This document shows positions 48,922 to 58,643 of a stretch of DNA of 64,000 nucleotides, in pieces (positions within the stretch are counted from its first letter, which is position 1; each line of letters opens with the position of its first letter). Position numbers and translations under genes: made by a program. The notes under the pieces were generated by a model. The model worked only from the letters and a program-made list of their open reading frames with translations, had not been told where the DNA came from and made no database searches. The DNA lies in NCBI GenBank assembly GCA_963828165.1, contig CAWHDR010000001.1, positions 448,001-512,000 of the forward strand, in the 5' to 3' direction. Source of the stretch: an uncultured Chloroflexia bacterium. GTDB lineage: Bacteria > Chloroflexota > Limnocylindria > Limnocylindrales > CSP1-4.

Positions 48922-50073
48922 TTAGGCGCCGTCGAGGGCTCTCGCGAGGTCGGCGATCAGGTCATCGACACCTTCGATGCCGACCGAGAGGCGCACGAGG
49001 GCCGGATCGACCTCGAGCGGTGAACCCGCGACCGACATGTGGGTCATCGCGGCGGGGATCTCGATCAGGGACTCCACGCCGCCGAGCGACTCGGCCAGGG
49101 TGAACAGTCGCGTCCCTTCGGCGATGGCGATCGCCCGTTCCGCGGCCGATCCACCCGAGCCAGGGGCGGGCACGAACGACACCATCCCGCCGACGGCCGG
49201 GTAGAACACCTTCGCCACGTCCGGCCGCTCGCGCAGGAACGCCGCCACGGCCGCCGCGTTCGACTGATGGCGCTCCACGCGCAGATGCAGTGTCCGTAGC
49301 CCGCGTAGCACGAGGAAGCAGTCCTGCGGCCCTGGCACGGCGCCCATCGCGTTCTGGAGGAAACGCAACCGCTCCCCGACTGCGTCGTCAGAGGTGATGG
49401 CCAGGCCAAGGATCGTGTCGGAATGGCCGGCGAGATACTTCGTGGCCGAGTGGAACACGATGTCGGCACCGAGCGTCAGCGGCCGCTGGATCGCTGGCGA
49501 GGCGAACGTGTTGTCGACGACGATCAGCGGCCGGCGGCCGCCTTCTGCCGCCCGACGCTCGACGGTCGCGGCGACCGCGGCGATGTCGACGGTCTTGAGC
49601 AACGGATTGGTGGGCGTCTCGAACCACACGAGCCGCGTCCGCTCCGACAGCGCCTCCCAGAGCATGTCCGGACCGGCGGCCAGATCCACGTACGACGTCG
49701 TGACGCCGGCGCCCTTGCGGACCTTCTCGAGATACCGATAGGTGCCGCCGTAGACGTCGTCCCCGACCACCACCTCGTCGCCCGGGCCGGCGAGCTCGGC
49801 GATCGCGGCGGTCGCCGCCGAACCCGACGCGAAGGCGAACCCGTGGCGGCCGCCCTCGAGTGTCGCGATCGCGCGCTCGAGCCGCTCCCGCGTGGGATTC
49901 TGCGATCGCGCGTACTCGTACCCGCCGCGTGGCTTTCCGACGCCGTCCTGCTGGTAGGTCGAGGTCTGGTAGATCGGCGGCGCCACCGCGCCGGTCAGCT
50001 CGTCGGGCTCGGCGCCAGCATGAACGGCGAGGGTGTCGAACGAGAGGTCTGCTTCGTCGGTCGGTCCGGGCAT
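48922..50073 (-). CDS. Cystathionine gamma-lyase/synthase family
   Basis: PIYQTST, ETPTNP, DNTFA, SATKYLAGH, AESLGGVES. Confidence 0.93.
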   Translation of the reverse strand: MPGPTDEADLSFDTLAVHAGAEPDELTGAVAPPIYQTSTYQQDGVGKPRGGYEYARSQNPTRERLERAIATLEGGRHGFAFASGSAATAAIAELAGPGDEVVVGDDVYGGTYRYLEKVRKGAGVTTSYVDLAAGPDMLWEALSERTRLVWFETPTNPLLKTVDIAAVAATVERRAAEGGRRPLIVVDNTFASPAIQRPLTLGADIVFHSATKYLAGHSDTILGLAITSDDAVGERLRFLQNAMGAVPGPQDCFLVLRGLRTLHLRVERHQSNAAAVAAFLRERPDVAKVFYPAVGGMVSFVPAPGSGGSAAERAIAIAEGTRLFTLAESLGGVESLIEIPAAMTHMSVAGSPLEVDPALVRLSVGIEGVDDLIADLARALDGA

Positions 50074-50098
50074 CGCGGCCATCATGGCACCCGCGCCA

Positions 50099-50659
50099 TC
50101 AGGCTGTGGCGGCCCAATCGTCGAGCTCGAAGACCAGCTCCTTGCCATCGATGTCGTCGATCTGGGCGCCGACCTGACGGAAGCCGAACTTGGCGATGAC
50201 GGCGAGCGAAGGCAGGTTGTCCGGCGCGACGGCGGCCCGGAACCGGTTCACACCGTGCTCCACGACGGCCCAGTCGAGGAGCGCCCGAACCACCTCCGTG
50301 GCGACGCCCTTGCGCCGCTCCGCCCCCTCGACCCGGTAGCCGATCTCGACCCGTCCACTGTCGTCGGGCGGGCTGTGGAACCCGCACGTCCCGATGACCC
50401 GGCGTGATCCGTCCGGCTCTGTGCGCACGATCGCCCGGCCCAGCCACGGTTGTGCCGTCGGGTCGATGGAGAGGTCGGCGATGCGGAACTGCAGGAAGTG
50501 ATCGAGCTGTTCGGCCAGATCCGGAGGGATCGTCGCGCCGATCTCGGCTTCGGCGGCCGGGATGTCGCCCGCCAGCAGCGTCCGCATGAACGGCAGCGAC
50601 ATCGACACGAGCTCGTATCGAGGGGTGCGGATGGCTGGGACGTCGGTCACGACGCCCAT
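50099..50659 (-). CDS. GNAT N-acetyltransferase (RimJ/RimL type)
   Basis: VEIGY..RRKGVATE..N.PS..KFGF. Confidence 0.88.
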   Translation of the reverse strand: MGVVTDVPAIRTPRYELVSMSLPFMRTLLAGDIPAAEAEIGATIPPDLAEQLDHFLQFRIADLSIDPTAQPWLGRAIVRTEPDGSRRVIGTCGFHSPPDDSGRVEIGYRVEGAERRKGVATEVVRALLDWAVVEHGVNRFRAAVAPDNLPSLAVIAKFGFRQVGAQIDDIDGKELVFELDDWAATA

Positions 50660-50736
50660 GATCCAACGTCACGGCCAAGGATCTCGCTCCGTGCGGTGGT
50701 CAACCCCTGAACCCACGGATCACGCGACGTGGCGAT

Positions 50737-52158
50737 TTAACTGTCCCGGTCCCCGTGGTGGGCCAGGTACTCGAGAAGGTCGAGCTTCGTGACCACGCCG
50801 GCCGGGCGCTCGCCGCGGACGGCAACCAGCGCTGAGGCATTGCCGCTCAACAGCGCGAATGCCTCATCTAGCGTCGCCGACGCCTCGACCAGCGGGAGGG
50901 GTGGATCCATGATCTCGCCGACCGTGCGCTCGACGACGCTCGGGTCCCGGTACGCGCGATCGAGCAGGCCCTTCTCGCTGATCGAGCCCACCAGCCCGAC
51001 GACGTCGTCGCCCTCGGGCTCCTCCGACACCGGTAGCTGGCTGATGCCGTACGCCTGGAGCGTGGTGATCGCCTCACCGACGCGCTCCGTGGTCCTAGCT
51101 ACGACGACGGGCGGGCGATCGGTCGGGTGGTGGCGGTCCGCCAGCAGCGCCGCGATGCGGGTAGCCGCCCCGGTCGTGGCCATCAGGCCGTTGACCCGCA
51201 TCCATTCGTCGTTGTAAAGCTTCGAGAGGTAGTTCCGGCCGCCGTCGGGCAGCAGCACCACGACGACCGCATCCGCTCCGCCGTCGGTCGTCATGAGGTC
51301 GCGGATCACCTCGCGCGCGGCGACCATGGCCGTGCCACACGACCCACCGGCGAGGATCCCCTCCTCGCGCGTCAGGCGGCGCGCCATCGCGAAGGCATCG
51401 CGGTCGCTGACCCGGACCCAGCGATCGACCACGGACGGGTCGTACGTGCCCGGCAGGAAGTCCTCGCCGACACCCTCCGTCAGGTACGGCCGCGCGGTAT
51501 CGCCAGACAGGATCGAGCCTTCCGGATCCGCTCCGATGATCTGGATCTCCGGGTTTCGTGCCTTGAGGACGTGGGCCGCGCCCGAGATCGTGCCGCCGGT
51601 GCCGACGCTGGCCACGAAGTGGGTGATCCGACCCTCCGTCTGGTCCCACAGCTCCGGGCCGGTCGTCTGCTCGTGGGCCGCCGGGTTCTCCTGGTTCCAG
51701 TACTGGTCGGGCTTGAACGCGCCCGGGATGTCGCGCGCCAGCCGCGCCGCGACGCTGTAGTAGCTCTCGGGCGATTCGGGGGTGACGTTCGTGGGGCACA
51801 GGACGACCTGGGCGCCGTACGCCCGGAGGAGCGCCTGCTTCTCGGTCGACTGCTTGTCGGCCATCACGAAGATGCAGCGGTAGCCCTTGAGCGCTGCCGC
51901 GATGGCGAGCCCGTGGCCGGTGTTGCCGCTGGTCGGCTCGATGATCGTGCCGCCCGGCTTGAGGAGGCCGTCGCGCTCAGCCGCCTCGATCATCGGCAGA
52001 CCGATCCGGTCCTTGACCGAACCGCCGGGATTGAGCATCTCCATCTTGGCGAGCAGGAGCGGCTGGCGCTCCTTCGCGCCCAGGTCTCTCGTCACCCGGC
52101 TGATCCGGACGAGCGGGGTGTTCCCCACGAGGTCGAGGATGGTCTCCGCGTACTGCAT
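50737..52158 (-). CDS. cbs: Cystathionine beta-synthase with CBS pair
   Basis: NPGGSVKDR, PTSGNTG, GTGGT, YLSK; C-terminal CBS domains. Confidence 0.92.
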   Translation of the reverse strand: MQYAETILDLVGNTPLVRISRVTRDLGAKERQPLLLAKMEMLNPGGSVKDRIGLPMIEAAERDGLLKPGGTIIEPTSGNTGHGLAIAAALKGYRCIFVMADKQSTEKQALLRAYGAQVVLCPTNVTPESPESYYSVAARLARDIPGAFKPDQYWNQENPAAHEQTTGPELWDQTEGRITHFVASVGTGGTISGAAHVLKARNPEIQIIGADPEGSILSGDTARPYLTEGVGEDFLPGTYDPSVVDRWVRVSDRDAFAMARRLTREEGILAGGSCGTAMVAAREVIRDLMTTDGGADAVVVVLLPDGGRNYLSKLYNDEWMRVNGLMATTGAATRIAALLADRHHPTDRPPVVVARTTERVGEAITTLQAYGISQLPVSEEPEGDDVVGLVGSISEKGLLDRAYRDPSVVERTVGEIMDPPLPLVEASATLDEAFALLSGNASALVAVRGERPAGVVTKLDLLEYLAHHGDRDS

Positions 52159-52190
52159 CGCGGGCGAGTATAGGCGGACGGGACCGGCCG

Positions 52191-53108
52191 TCAGCCGTCG
52201 CGGTCGAGGCGGCCCTTCCGCAGCAGCAGCCAGGTGAGCCGTCGTCGCAACCGGCGAGGATGGGCGGGAGGATCCACGGTCGTTGGGTGCAGCGCCTGGA
52301 CGACCGGGTCCAGGATCTCCGCAAGGCGATCGGTCATGGCCCGGGCCGTGGCCAGCTCGTCACGGGTGCCCGGCGCCGGCAGCGGATCGCCAGCCTGGAA
52401 GCCTGCCAGCTCCCGAGCCGACCGCGGTGGGAGCACCCGCGAGGCCATCCGCCGGCCGACGTACAACTCCTCGGTGCCAGCCATCGCCAGCGGCACGACC
52501 GTGGCGTCCGTGCGGAGCGCGATGATCGCCCAGCCGGTCCGCATGGCTCCGATGCGCCCTGGCGGGCCGCTCACCGTTCCCTCCGGCATCTGGACGAAGA
52601 CCGCGCCGGCATCGACGACCGCTCGTGCCGAGGCCACGTGCGGGTCGATCCCCACACCGCCGCGCCAGACCGGCAAGAGGCCACCGATCCGGCGGACGAG
52701 CCACTCGCGCCATCGCGTCGTGAAGGTCGATGGGCCGCTCCCCAGGATCCAGCAGCGCGGCTCCACGGGTAGGGCGTGCATCACGACGAACGGGTCCATC
52801 CACCCCCGATGCGCACCGGCGACGAGCAGGTAGCCGCCGTTGGGGACGTGCTCCTGCCCGGAGGTTTCGATGCGGAAGCGGAACAGCCCGAAGCAGACGA
52901 ACCGGACGAGCAGCCGAGTGGCTCGATAGAGCAGCGACGCCTTCGCCTCCGGGGCTCGACCGAGCCAGGCCAGGCCCTCGGACACACCACCGCGGGCGGC
53001 GGCCATGGCCTCCGGGGAGATGCGGCCGGGCGGCGGTCGCCGTCGGGGACGATCCGGCGGCGATGGATCGGACGCGGTCGCCTCGGGCGGACGCGCGTCG
53101 CCGGTCAT
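52191..53108 (-). CDS. Lysophospholipid acyltransferase family
   Basis: HRGWMD (HX4D), MPEGT. Confidence 0.88.
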   Translation of the reverse strand: MTGDARPPEATASDPSPPDRPRRRPPPGRISPEAMAAARGGVSEGLAWLGRAPEAKASLLYRATRLLVRFVCFGLFRFRIETSGQEHVPNGGYLLVAGAHRGWMDPFVVMHALPVEPRCWILGSGPSTFTTRWREWLVRRIGGLLPVWRGGVGIDPHVASARAVVDAGAVFVQMPEGTVSGPPGRIGAMRTGWAIIALRTDATVVPLAMAGTEELYVGRRMASRVLPPRSARELAGFQAGDPLPAPGTRDELATARAMTDRLAEILDPVVQALHPTTVDPPAHPRRLRRRLTWLLLRKGRLDRDG

Positions 53109-54151
53109 GGGCTCGGACGCGGCTCGGTCTCGTCAGGGGCCGCGGCATCGCCATCGACGGCGGGCTCGGGCTCGTCCGCGGCGTCGGTCTCGTCGGCTTC
53201 GTCGTCGAGCGTCTCGTCAACCGAGTCGTCGACCGCGTCGTCGTCGATCCGGTCGCCGACATTCGCCCACGGCTCATCGATCGGTCGGGTCATCCAGGCC
53301 GCGCCAAGCGCACCCCACGTCGCGCGCTGGGGATCCGTCGGCGGCTTGTCGCCCATCCGGCTCCCACGATGTCGCAGGACCAGCCCCACGACCCCGATCG
53401 CGATGAACGCCAGCGAGACGATCTGCGCGGTCGGAACGCCGAAGAACGTCCAGTTGTCCGCGCGCAGCGTTTCGAGCGCGAAACGCGTGACGCCGTACCA
53501 GATGAAGAAGGTGAGCAGCAGGTCACCGGGTCGCAGCCAAGACCGCAGCCGATACCCGAGGAACACGAGGAAGGCGGCGCCGACCAACCCCGAGATCGAT
53601 TCGTACAAGAAGAGCGGGTGGAACCGGGTGGTCTCGGCCAGCGTGTCGCACGAATAGATGACGAGCCGGTGGGCGCAGTCGATCGGGATGCCCCACGGCG
53701 CCGCCGTCGGCGGCCCGTACAGCTCCTGGTTGAAGTAGTTGCCCCACCGGCCGATGGCCTGCATGACGAACAGGGCGGGCGCGATGATGTCCGCCCAACG
53801 AGCGAACGACACGCCGCGGCGACGCGCGTACCACCATGCCGCGAGCGTACCGGTCACGATGCCGCCGAACACCCCCAGGCCCGAATAGGGCGGCAGGATG
53901 ATCTTGAGGGGATCGTTCGCGTACAGGGCCCATTGATCGATGACGTGGTAGAGCCGTCCGCCGATCAGGGCCGCGATCGACACGATGATGATGCCGTTGC
54001 CGACGATGTCGGGGTCCTCGCCGGCGGATCGCGCAAGGCGGATGAGGACGACGTATGCCGCCGCCAGCCCGATCGCGTAACAGAGCCCGTACCAGCCGAT
54101 CGTGATGGGACCGAGCTGGAGCGCGACGGGATCGGGCGGGATGTCGAACAT
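53105..54151 (-). CDS. lgt: Prolipoprotein diacylglyceryl transferase
   Basis: WYG, GRWGNYFNQELYG, HPLFLYE, YGVTRFALE. Confidence 0.93.
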   Translation of the reverse strand: MFDIPPDPVALQLGPITIGWYGLCYAIGLAAAYVVLIRLARSAGEDPDIVGNGIIIVSIAALIGGRLYHVIDQWALYANDPLKIILPPYSGLGVFGGIVTGTLAAWWYARRRGVSFARWADIIAPALFVMQAIGRWGNYFNQELYGPPTAAPWGIPIDCAHRLVIYSCDTLAETTRFHPLFLYESISGLVGAAFLVFLGYRLRSWLRPGDLLLTFFIWYGVTRFALETLRADNWTFFGVPTAQIVSLAFIAIGVVGLVLRHRGSRMGDKPPTDPQRATWGALGAAWMTRPIDEPWANVGDRIDDDAVDDSVDETLDDEADETDAADEPEPAVDGDAAAPDETEPRPSP

Positions 54152-54207
54152 GCGCGGAGTGTAGCCGCGGCGGCTCGACGGGCGATGCGTCCCTATACTT
54201 CGCGACG

Positions 54208-54534
54208 GTGAACGCCGAGTTCAACTGGTGGATGCTGATGGTCGGGCTCGTCGTGGGAGCCGGGCTGGTCTGGTTCGTGGTCGCCGATCAGCGCCGTCGC
54301 GAGGTCGACATCGACGCGCGGGAGCGAGCGCAGGAAGCGCTCTGGCTGTCGGCCAGCCTCGAGGAGGAGGGCCGCCACGTCACGCCCGAGACCGCCGAGC
54401 GGCTCCTCGCCCTCCATCGCGCCTATCTCGAGGCGCCGCCACCGGACGAGACGCCACCACCCGACAGCTCGTCAGAGCTCCCCGACGATGACCGGCGGCG
54501 CGTCGATCGCGGTGCTGTCGAGATCGGTGAGTGA
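54208..54534 (+). CDS. Hypothetical membrane-anchored protein
   Basis: TATACT 8 nt before GTG; N-terminal TM helix. Confidence 0.65.
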   Translation: MNAEFNWWMLMVGLVVGAGLVWFVVADQRRREVDIDARERAQEALWLSASLEEEGRHVTPETAERLLALHRAYLEAPPPDETPPPDSSSELPDDDRRRVDRGAVEIGE

Positions 54535-55284
54535 GACCCCGAAGGTCGTCCCCGGCCCCACTTCGCTGACCGACGGGGTATCGCCGACCCAGAAGGCAAG
54601 GTCGTCGCCGAAGAACATCCGCCCGACGTTCTCGCGCTTCCCAGCGACTTCCACCCAGCAGCGGTATTCCTGTCCGGCCGGCGGATGGTCCAGGCCCATG
54701 GCCACGACCACGAGCCTCGTGGTTGTCGGCGAGAACAGGAGCGACCCTGACGTGTCGGCCTCGCTCGCCGACAGCGCGACGCGTTGTGCGTCCGGCTCGC
54801 CGGTGATCTCGATCGTTGCGCTCGTGACCGCTTCGAGCCCGGCGATCGCCCGGTCCTGAGCGGCCAGCTGTTCCGACAGGCCCTGGACGGCAAGGAAGGA
54901 TGTCGCGGCGACCGCCAGGGCGACGACTGCGGCGATGCTCGCGACCCACGGCAGCACGCGAGCGGTTCGCCCACGGGTTTCGTGGACGGCCGCGGGTGCC
55001 GTGGCGGGGCTGGCTGGCGTCGCCGTTCCCCGAGCCACGCCGTGCTCGCGCACGTAGGCAAGCGTCCGCTCGCGCAGGTCGGCCGACGGCGTCGTCCGCA
55101 CGACGTCGCGCAGGAGCGGCGCCGCTCGTCCGAGCCGCTCGAACTCACCGCCGCAGGCATCGCAGCCCACCAGGTGACCAGCGATCGCCGCGGCGATCGC
55201 CGTGTCCCCGGCCATCAGCCGCGCCAGCCCATCGGGCTCCACGGCCGCCAGCTCGAGCTGTTCGAGTACCTCGTCGTGATCCAT
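54472..55284 (-). CDS. RskA-like anti-sigma factor (zf-HC2, TM, RskA domain)
   Basis: HLVGCDAC, TM helix, PPAGQEYRCW. Confidence 0.85.
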   Translation of the reverse strand: MDHDEVLEQLELAAVEPDGLARLMAGDTAIAAAIAGHLVGCDACGGEFERLGRAAPLLRDVVRTTPSADLRERTLAYVREHGVARGTATPASPATAPAAVHETRGRTARVLPWVASIAAVVALAVAATSFLAVQGLSEQLAAQDRAIAGLEAVTSATIEITGEPDAQRVALSASEADTSGSLLFSPTTTRLVVVAMGLDHPPAGQEYRCWVEVAGKRENVGRMFFGDDLAFWVGDTPSVSEVGPGTTFGVSLTDLDSTAIDAPPVIVGEL

Positions 55285-55303
55285 GCTTCTCCGCGTTCTC
55301 GTG

Positions 55304-56005
55304 TCAGCGATCCGGCCGGGCCACGGGGGCCCGGGCCAGGTATCGGGTGAACTCGGGGCCGGCCCCGCTGCCCAGGACCTCGCGCAGGCGCAGGAGCGCC
55401 CGCCGGGTCCGCGTCTTGACCGTCCCGAGCGGCCAGCCGAGTCGATCCGCGATCTCGGTCTGCGTCAGGTCCTCGCCATAGGCCAGGACGATCACCACCC
55501 GTTCGACCTCGGGCATCTCGGCCAGCGCCGCCTGCAGGGCCTCCCGCAGCTCGAGCAGGGCGACTTCCATGTCGGGCGAGCGGACCGGCGCCGAGCCCGC
55601 GACGATCGTGCCGCCAGCGAGCACGCGTTCGAGTGCGTCGGCATCGGGCTCCGGGCCCCCGCCGTAGGCGGACCCCGAAGCGGCCGCCGAGGTCAACGGT
55701 ACGAGGGTGGGGCGCCGCCCGGCCGCGCGAAGTCGGTCCACCGTGCGATTGCGCGCGATCGTATGCAGCCAGGCCGCAAGCGAGCCGACTGTCGGATCGA
55801 ATGTTTCCGCGCGGTTCCAGAGCGCCAGGAACGTCTCCTGCACGACCTCTTCGGCGAGTCCCCGATCTGAGGTAAGGCGATAGGCCGATGCGAACACCGC
55901 ATCGGCGTGACGGTCGTAGAGCGCGGCCAGGGCGTCGTGCGATCCCGCCGCGACCTCGCGAACGAGGCCGACGTCGACGCCAGGACCCGGGCCGACTCTC
56001 GTCAT
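55304..56005 (-). CDS. ECF sigma factor (SigK-like)
   Basis: ALYDRH, AEEVVQETF, WLHTIARN, TQTEIA..PLGTVKTR. Confidence 0.93.
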   Translation of the reverse strand: MTRVGPGPGVDVGLVREVAAGSHDALAALYDRHADAVFASAYRLTSDRGLAEEVVQETFLALWNRAETFDPTVGSLAAWLHTIARNRTVDRLRAAGRRPTLVPLTSAAASGSAYGGGPEPDADALERVLAGGTIVAGSAPVRSPDMEVALLELREALQAALAEMPEVERVVIVLAYGEDLTQTEIADRLGWPLGTVKTRTRRALLRLREVLGSGAGPEFTRYLARAPVARPDR

Positions 56006-56048
56006 CGGATACGTCCGGACCGGGCGTGGCGGTTTTCGAGGCTCGGGT

Positions 56049-56363
56049 TCACCACGAGCCGGCCTCCCGGTGGGCGACACCGGTCAGCGTGCCAGCCGGC
56101 AGGTGCGACTCCAGGCAGACGACGCCGTCCGATCCGACGATCGCGTCGTGGGCGGAGCCCGCCGGCAGCTCCAGGCGATCGCCGGCGGCGAGCTCCAGGG
56201 GACCATCGCCGAGGCCGAACGTGATCGACCCCGATGCCACGACGATGACCTTGTCGTAGGCGTGGTCGTGCGAGGCGTAGGTGTCGCCGGGGCCGTTGGA
56301 CCACGCCCCGGGGTCCAGCCCCTCCCCCGTGAGCCGCTCGCGCAGGACCGTCGCATCGCCCAT
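56049..56363 (-). CDS. Cupin domain protein
   Basis: HDHAYDK..G..GDRLELPAGSAH. Confidence 0.85.
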   Translation of the reverse strand: MGDATVLRERLTGEGLDPGAWSNGPGDTYASHDHAYDKVIVVASGSITFGLGDGPLELAAGDRLELPAGSAHDAIVGSDGVVCLESHLPAGTLTGVAHREAGSW

Positions 56364-56367
56364 CGGA

Positions 56368-57540
56368 TCAGACGCCCGTGCCGACGCCGATGATCGAACC
56401 GATCATGAACGTCACGACGGCTGCGCCGAGCCCGATCGCGAGCTGGCGGACGCCGCTGAACAGCATCCCCCGTCCGGTCAGGAGGCTCACCCCGGCACCG
56501 ACCGCGAACAAGGCTGCGAGGCTCGCGCCCAGGCTGACGACCGTGATGGTCGGGCCGCCGCCGAACAGGAACGGGATCACCGGCACGGCGGCGCCGATCG
56601 CGAACGAGACCATCGAACCGACCGCCGCCCCCCAGGGTGAGCCGAGCTCGTCCGGGTCCAAACCCAGCTCCTCGCGCACGAGGATATCGAGCGCGGCTTC
56701 CGGATCCTGGAACAAGCGGTGGGCGATGCGGGCCGCCTCGTCCCGGGCGAATCCCTTCGCGCGGTAGGCCGCCGCGAGCTCGGCCTCCTCCTCCTCGGGC
56801 ATCGCCTCCATCTCGGCCCGTTCGAGCTCGATCTGTCGCTCGAACAGCTCGCGCTGGCTCTGCATGCTGATGTACTCGCCCGCGGCCATGCTGAAGGCCC
56901 CCGCCAGCAGGCCGGCGATCCCGGCGAGGAGGACCAGGGACGGGTGCGCGGACGACGCGCCGGCCACACCCATGACCAGCGACAGGTTGCTTACGAGGCC
57001 ATCGCTCACGCCGAAGATGACCGCGCGAAGCGTGCCCGACCGAGCGCTCGTGCGATGCCACGGCTCGCGCCGTGCGATCTCGGCGGCGTACGGGGCACGC
57101 CGGGTCGAGCCGACGCCATTGCGACCATCGGCGATGGGCTTGCCCTCGGACAGACGCTCCCAGATCTGCGCGTGCTCGCGCTCGTCGGCGGCGATCGCCG
57201 CGATCTCGGGCGATCCGCCCTGGCTCTCGTAGGCCTCTTCCTCGTCACCCTCGAGGGCCTTCACGAGCTCGGCGACCGAGCGCGTCCCGAACAGCCGGGC
57301 GATGAGCATGATGATGCGTACCCGCGGCCGCGGGCCATGCGCGGGTGGGACGGTCGCCCCGAGCTCGGTCAGCTTGCTGGCCCAGATGTCGGCGTGCCGC
57401 CGCTCGTTCGCCGCGATCCGTCGGAAGGCTTCCGCCCGGGTCTGATCCTTCTCGATCTCGGCGAGCGAGTCGTAGAGGACGATCGCGTCACGTTCGAGTT
57501 TGAGATTCTCGAGGCTGGTCGCGAGGTCGATGGGCGCCAC
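56368..57540 (-). CDS. VIT1/CCC1 transporter with a ferritin/rubrerythrin-like N-terminus (MbfA-like)
   Basis: ERRH and EREH motifs; FGVSDGL, SMAAGEY. Confidence 0.9.
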   Translation of the reverse strand: MAPIDLATSLENLKLERDAIVLYDSLAEIEKDQTRAEAFRRIAANERRHADIWASKLTELGATVPPAHGPRPRVRIIMLIARLFGTRSVAELVKALEGDEEEAYESQGGSPEIAAIAADEREHAQIWERLSEGKPIADGRNGVGSTRRAPYAAEIARREPWHRTSARSGTLRAVIFGVSDGLVSNLSLVMGVAGASSAHPSLVLLAGIAGLLAGAFSMAAGEYISMQSQRELFERQIELERAEMEAMPEEEEAELAAAYRAKGFARDEAARIAHRLFQDPEAALDILVREELGLDPDELGSPWGAAVGSMVSFAIGAAVPVIPFLFGGGPTITVVSLGASLAALFAVGAGVSLLTGRGMLFSGVRQLAIGLGAAVVTFMIGSIIGVGTGV

Positions 57541-57628
57541 GCGGCGCATCGTACCCGCGTGCGCGTTCTGGCGGCGTACGTCGCCCCCGTCTCGCACGAC
57601 GCCGGTCCGCCACCTAGACTCGCGATGC

Positions 57629-58627
57629 ATGAAGCCCCTCGTCACCAGGTACCTCTCGGCGGCCGATGTGACCGCGGCGATGCCCCCGGTCGAGGAACGC
57701 CTGACCCTGGCCGAGCGGACGATGACCGCGCTCGTCGCGGACGCCGAGCTGCCACCGAAGATCGGCGTTCATCCGCGCCCGGCCGGCTCCTTCGCGCACG
57801 CGATGCCGGCGGCCCTGCGCGACCCGGACGGCTCCGATCTGCTGGGGATGAAATGGGTGGCGGGCTTCCCGGAGAACCGGACGGGCGGGCTGCCCGCGAT
57901 CCACGCCGTCGTGGTCCTCAACGATCCGGCGACCGGCGTACCGCGGGCCATCCTGGACGGCGGCCCGATCACCGCGCAACGGACGGCGGCCGTGTCGGGC
58001 GTGGCGCTATCGCTCTTCGGCCCGCAACAGCTCGGTCGGGCGCCTTCGCCTCGGGCAGCGATCATCGGCGCCGGCGTGCAGGGCTACAGCCATCTCGAGG
58101 TGCTCGCGCATGTGCTGCCGGGGGTCGAGCTTGCGATCCACGACCGCCACCAGGAGCGTGCCGAGGCACTCGCCGAGACGGCCCGCGCGACGCCAGGGAT
58201 CGCGGCCGCGAACCCGGTCGATTCGGCGCAGGACGCGGTCACCGACGCCGACGTCGTGATCACCGCCGCCTCGTTCACGGACCCGGCCCATCGCCAGGCG
58301 ATGACCTCCGATTGGCTGACGCCGGACGCGCTCGTCATCCCCGTGGACTACGCGACGATGTGCGCGGCCGAGGTGGCCGAGGGGGCGGCCCTGTTCCTCG
58401 TGGACGATCGCGGCCAGTTCGTGGCGAACCGTCGGGCAGGCCAGTTCGATGGTTACCCCGACCCGGTCTCCACGCTCGGCGTGGCGATCCTGGCCGGGAC
58501 CGCACGGCCCGCGAGCGGCCGGGTCGTCGTCACGCACCTCGGTGTCGGGCTCGCGGACGTGATCTTCGCGGATGCGATCGTCCGGCGGGCCGAGGCAGCC
58601 GGTCTGGGCACGGCGCTCGGCGGCTGA
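57629..58627 (+). CDS. Ornithine cyclodeaminase/mu-crystallin family
   Basis: AMPA, GMKWV, ITAQRTAA, IGAGVQG, GVGLAD. Confidence 0.9.
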   Translation: MKPLVTRYLSAADVTAAMPPVEERLTLAERTMTALVADAELPPKIGVHPRPAGSFAHAMPAALRDPDGSDLLGMKWVAGFPENRTGGLPAIHAVVVLNDPATGVPRAILDGGPITAQRTAAVSGVALSLFGPQQLGRAPSPRAAIIGAGVQGYSHLEVLAHVLPGVELAIHDRHQERAEALAETARATPGIAAANPVDSAQDAVTDADVVITAASFTDPAHRQAMTSDWLTPDALVIPVDYATMCAAEVAEGAALFLVDDRGQFVANRRAGQFDGYPDPVSTLGVAILAGTARPASGRVVVTHLGVGLADVIFADAIVRRAEAAGLGTALGG

Positions 58628-58643
58628 AGGTCGGGGGACACAC

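Noticed and set aside
54472-54534. 63-bp convergent overlap as antisense regulation
   Set aside because: Short 3' overlaps are common in compact high-GC genomes
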